Source: Lingula anatina (lineage: Eukaryota > Animalia > Brachiopoda). From it: a DNA stretch of 64,000 nucleotides. A program made the position numbers and the translations under genes. Shown piece after piece: positions 62,801-64,000 of this stretch (positions within the stretch are counted from its first letter, which is position 1; each line of letters begins with the position of its first letter). Location: NCBI GenBank assembly GCA_051362555.1, contig CM120649.1, forward strand, positions 7,750,001-7,814,000, given 5' to 3'. The notes below the pieces were generated by a model that searched no databases, was not told the DNA's origin, and worked only from the letters and a program-made list of their open reading frames with translations.

Positions 62801-64000
62801 TATAGTGCCATGGATTGCTTTGGTCCTTTCATTGTGAAACAGAATAGGAAGGAGTTCAAACGCTATGGTCTGTTATTTACCTGTTTATGTTCTAGAGCAG
62901 TGCATGTTGAAATGCTGGACGACATGTCATCAGATGCGTTTATAAATGCTCTTAGATGTTTCATTTCTATTAGAGGAAAAGTTCGCCAGATCAGATCAGA
63001 TCAAGGGAGCAATTTTGTAGGTGCAAAGAATGAATTCACAGCTGCATTAAAGGAAATGGATGCTCAGAAGGTAGCTTGTTACCTAGCCAATCAAGATTGT
63101 GATTTTCTTATGAATGCACCTCATTCTAGTCATGTTGGTGGAGTATGGGAGCGACAGATTCGTACTATAAGGAATGTATTAGCAGGAGTGATTAATCTCT
63201 GCCCAGGTAGATTGGATGATTCATCTTTACGCACACTGTTTTATGAAGCAATGGCAATCGTAAACAGCCGTCCTCTATCAATAGCCAATATCAATGATCC
63301 TGAGTGTGCAGAGCCCCTGACACCTAATCACATTCTTACAATGAAATCCAGTGTGCCACTACCACCCCCAGGAAATTTTGTTTCTCGGGACATGTATCTC
63401 AGGAAAAGATGGAGAAGAGTTCAGTTTCTCACACAACAGTTCTGGAGCAGATGGAGGAAAGAGTATCTTCAGAATCTTAACAAGAGACAGTGCTGGACAA
63501 GATGTAAGAGAAATATCACAGTGGGAGATATTGTTCTTGTTGTGGAACCTAATGTATCGCGAAACAGTTGGCCACTAGGCAAAGTGGTTGAATGTATTCC
63601 CAGCAAGGATAAATTAGTGCGCAAGGCCAAGATTTGTGTAGGAACTGATGACTTAAATTCACTGGGAAAACGCGAAACCAAGCCAGTTATTTTAGAAAGA
63701 CCAATTCAGAAGTTAGTGCTTTTGATTGAAAGTTGTTAGTACTCTCTGAATGTAATTAGGACTGTAAGTGAGTGAGTTGCTCAATGGCTAACTGTTTAAA
63801 ACTTGGAGTAAAGTTTGAATGTTGATGTTGTGAGTTTTATTGTTTAAGGTAGGATATAAATTTTTTGGATTCATTCCCACTGTTTGAGTTGGTAACTTGG
63901 ATCATGAATCCTTTAAAAAATGTCATTTCATTTTTAGTTCTCAGTCTTCACGGTGACTTGGAAAATAGACAAAGCTAGTTTCACAATAGGTCTAGGGCGT
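56897..64000 (+). mobile_element. Bel/Pao LTR retrotransposon; 3' LTR outside the window
   Basis: TPR homology stops abruptly at 56896, followed by TGTAAC (LTR start). The 5' LTR end is unresolved (about 57467 or 57551). Single long gag-pol ORF. Confidence 0.9.
57560..63739 (+). CDS. Bel/Pao gag-pol polyprotein (2059 aa): Gag with three Cys-His knuckles, aspartic protease, RT, RNase H, integrase
   Basis: Knuckles CTYCEKEGHYISRC / CFGCLGQGHRNSDC / CGTCKGKHPTCMH; protease ALLDTQS; RT WYLPHHGV..KLRVVFDCS, DIEKMFHQ, FYVDD; RNase H HHFSDAS, NPADHASRG; integrase H..H..CVTC, MDCFGP, SDQGSNF, GGVWER; LTPNH and FWSRWRKEYL. Confidence 0.96.
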   Translation: MSLRYSENESTNSLTKKRTVTMTEKGKEYFVEIQGKRCKRLFGELSKIMERCNAMIKEGGSSTLLREEYAEWLQNCDQYFEIEDNLLKLQSHSDTAVIDEPRRKILLEFKRIMEQKLSSVTEHTEDSKSVSTRSSTSSCGSSRSSLLKLEEAQKQAELSIRASAMKVKQELERARLELKFKEEDLEIQTSLRVSQAKVDALNEFDKIHVPSVSLPVTTEAYTTDVSLPATAAVHVPSASLPVTTAVYTPEVAVPVSAAVRVPSVSLPVTTAVRVPSVSLPVTTAVYTPEVSVPVTATVSSSEVPVSVTAVASTSEVPVSASTAIHAHILSVPATTAAYTPEVSVPVTTTVLPPEVPLSATTAVYTSEVPVSATTAVHAHVMSVPATASVYTPAASLPVTAAVRVPSVSLSAPDVSVPIATTAHMHAVSTPMATTDHTPAVSLDGLTEALQQSLSLGRLPVPEPKVFAGNPLLFPEWKNSFSVLIGRKALNATEKLFFLRKYTAGPAAKMIQGAFLRTDEAAFDDAWRKLNERFGDEFLIQKSFREKLDKWPKIPEKDGNALRDYSDFLNAVCDAMPHVKGLTVLNDYSENRKMVNKLPQFVSHRWNRQVTRSMKTEDYPSFRDFCAFLSEESEVDCNPITCPLVNKVHDTVRALNVNAGVAEKKLCTYCEKEGHYISRCHDFGALTISRKREFVVKKNLCFGCLGQGHRNSDCRRKHVCGTCKGKHPTCMHEERQPPTSRETQSVNSLKVNQHHRQSSTTMIVPVWVSTQENPEREVLTYALLDTQSDTTFLLEDTAAALNAETEHATLSLSTMSTQKSLIDSKKIRRLRVRGFKSTETLEIDQAFTRQFIPADRTQIPTRKTVTDWQHLKPLLNKIPPLQTCDVGLLIGFNCPRALLPRDTLVGGNSEPYAVQTILGWSIVGCSSRDNLASVCHRVTTKEVFPCMPRDVINALEKDFVHDKTEVEMSQEDLQFLRVQETNIQQLDNGHIQMPLPFRRRPALPDNKSQALQRLDHLRRKFERDPSYRESYTSMVQGIIDRGEAEEAPDDTIKGEVWYLPHHGVYHPQKGKLRVVFDCSATYKQTSLNQHLLSGPDLTSSLLGVLIRFREHPVAVACDIEKMFHQFLVQDNDRNYLQFLWWKNGDITKEPTVFRMKVHLFGATSSPGCANFGLKYLAKSYENEYPLAAEFIKHHFYVDDGLTSSDDADTAIQIIDEARKLCASGGIRLHKFLSNSREVLETVPESERATEVNGVDLNKDRLPVSTALGLQWNVEDDVFQYRAFTSEVKAKTRRGVLSTVVSVYDPQGFLSPFILIGKQILQQMCKENSAWDEELSNDLMPQWEKWSEELKDIQNIKVARCFIPKNFGTVTRRELHHFSDASLSGYGQCSYIRLVNEKNEVHCSLVMSKARVTPLKVITLPRLELNAAVVSLKMSKVLESEMTEKYRHYFWTDSRIVLGYINNDTRRFKIYVANRVELIKEATSPQQWHYVRSEDNPADHASRGLSVEKLRDSTWFTGPRFLWNPDLEMADMPHNDVQLPEMDPEIKMSSVRSTQTVEKKSMIGRLEKFSDWSRAVRAIARLKRRARGIKNASLTSEEERQETTTFLIKLAQEQKFEGKPPSSTLNPFKDNKGVIRVGGRLGQSSFAFSVQHPVILPKDSYVPKLIVSHFHKRIGHMGRGMTLNEVRANGFWILAGGKLTSEIIHRCVTCRKMRKPVEEQKMADLPSDRVEASNGHDASDRVEASCPFEYSAMDCFGPFIVKQNRKEFKRYGLLFTCLCSRAVHVEMLDDMSSDAFINALRCFISIRGKVRQIRSDQGSNFVGAKNEFTAALKEMDAQKVACYLANQDCDFLMNAPHSSHVGGVWERQIRTIRNVLAGVINLCPGRLDDSSLRTLFYEAMAIVNSRPLSIANINDPECAEPLTPNHILTMKSSVPLPPPGNFVSRDMYLRKRWRRVQFLTQQFWSRWRKEYLQNLNKRQCWTRCKRNITVGDIVLVVEPNVSRNSWPLGKVVECIPSKDKLVRKAKICVGTDDLNSLGKRETKPVILERPIQKLVLLIESC

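Overview
Eukaryotic, AT-rich, repeat-dense animal genomic DNA. A mollusc or other lophotrochozoan is my inference from the repeat and gene types. Contents from 5' to 3': (1) a young antisense L1/Tx1-clade LINE with an intact ORF2, poly(A) tail and 11-bp target-site duplication (TSD), lying in a VWA8 intron; (2) the last 16 coding exons of VWA8 (+ strand), with many exon boundaries echoed by local tandem duplications; (3) a 3-exon carbohydrate sulfotransferase (CHST11-like); (4) an intact 2-coding-exon HEPN(DZIP3-like)-STAND/NB-ARC-12xTPR NLR-like gene (- strand) ending in a polybasic CaaX motif; (5) a nest of non-autonomous DNA transposons; (6) a second, tandem copy of the VWA8-3'end/CHST/TPR block about 30 kb downstream. 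In that copy the last three VWA8 exons and the CHST are intact, while the TPR gene is a pseudogene interrupted by an intact Bel/Pao LTR retrotransposon that runs off the window. No rRNA, tRNA or CRISPR was found. All family assignments are motif recognition by eye; no database search was run.
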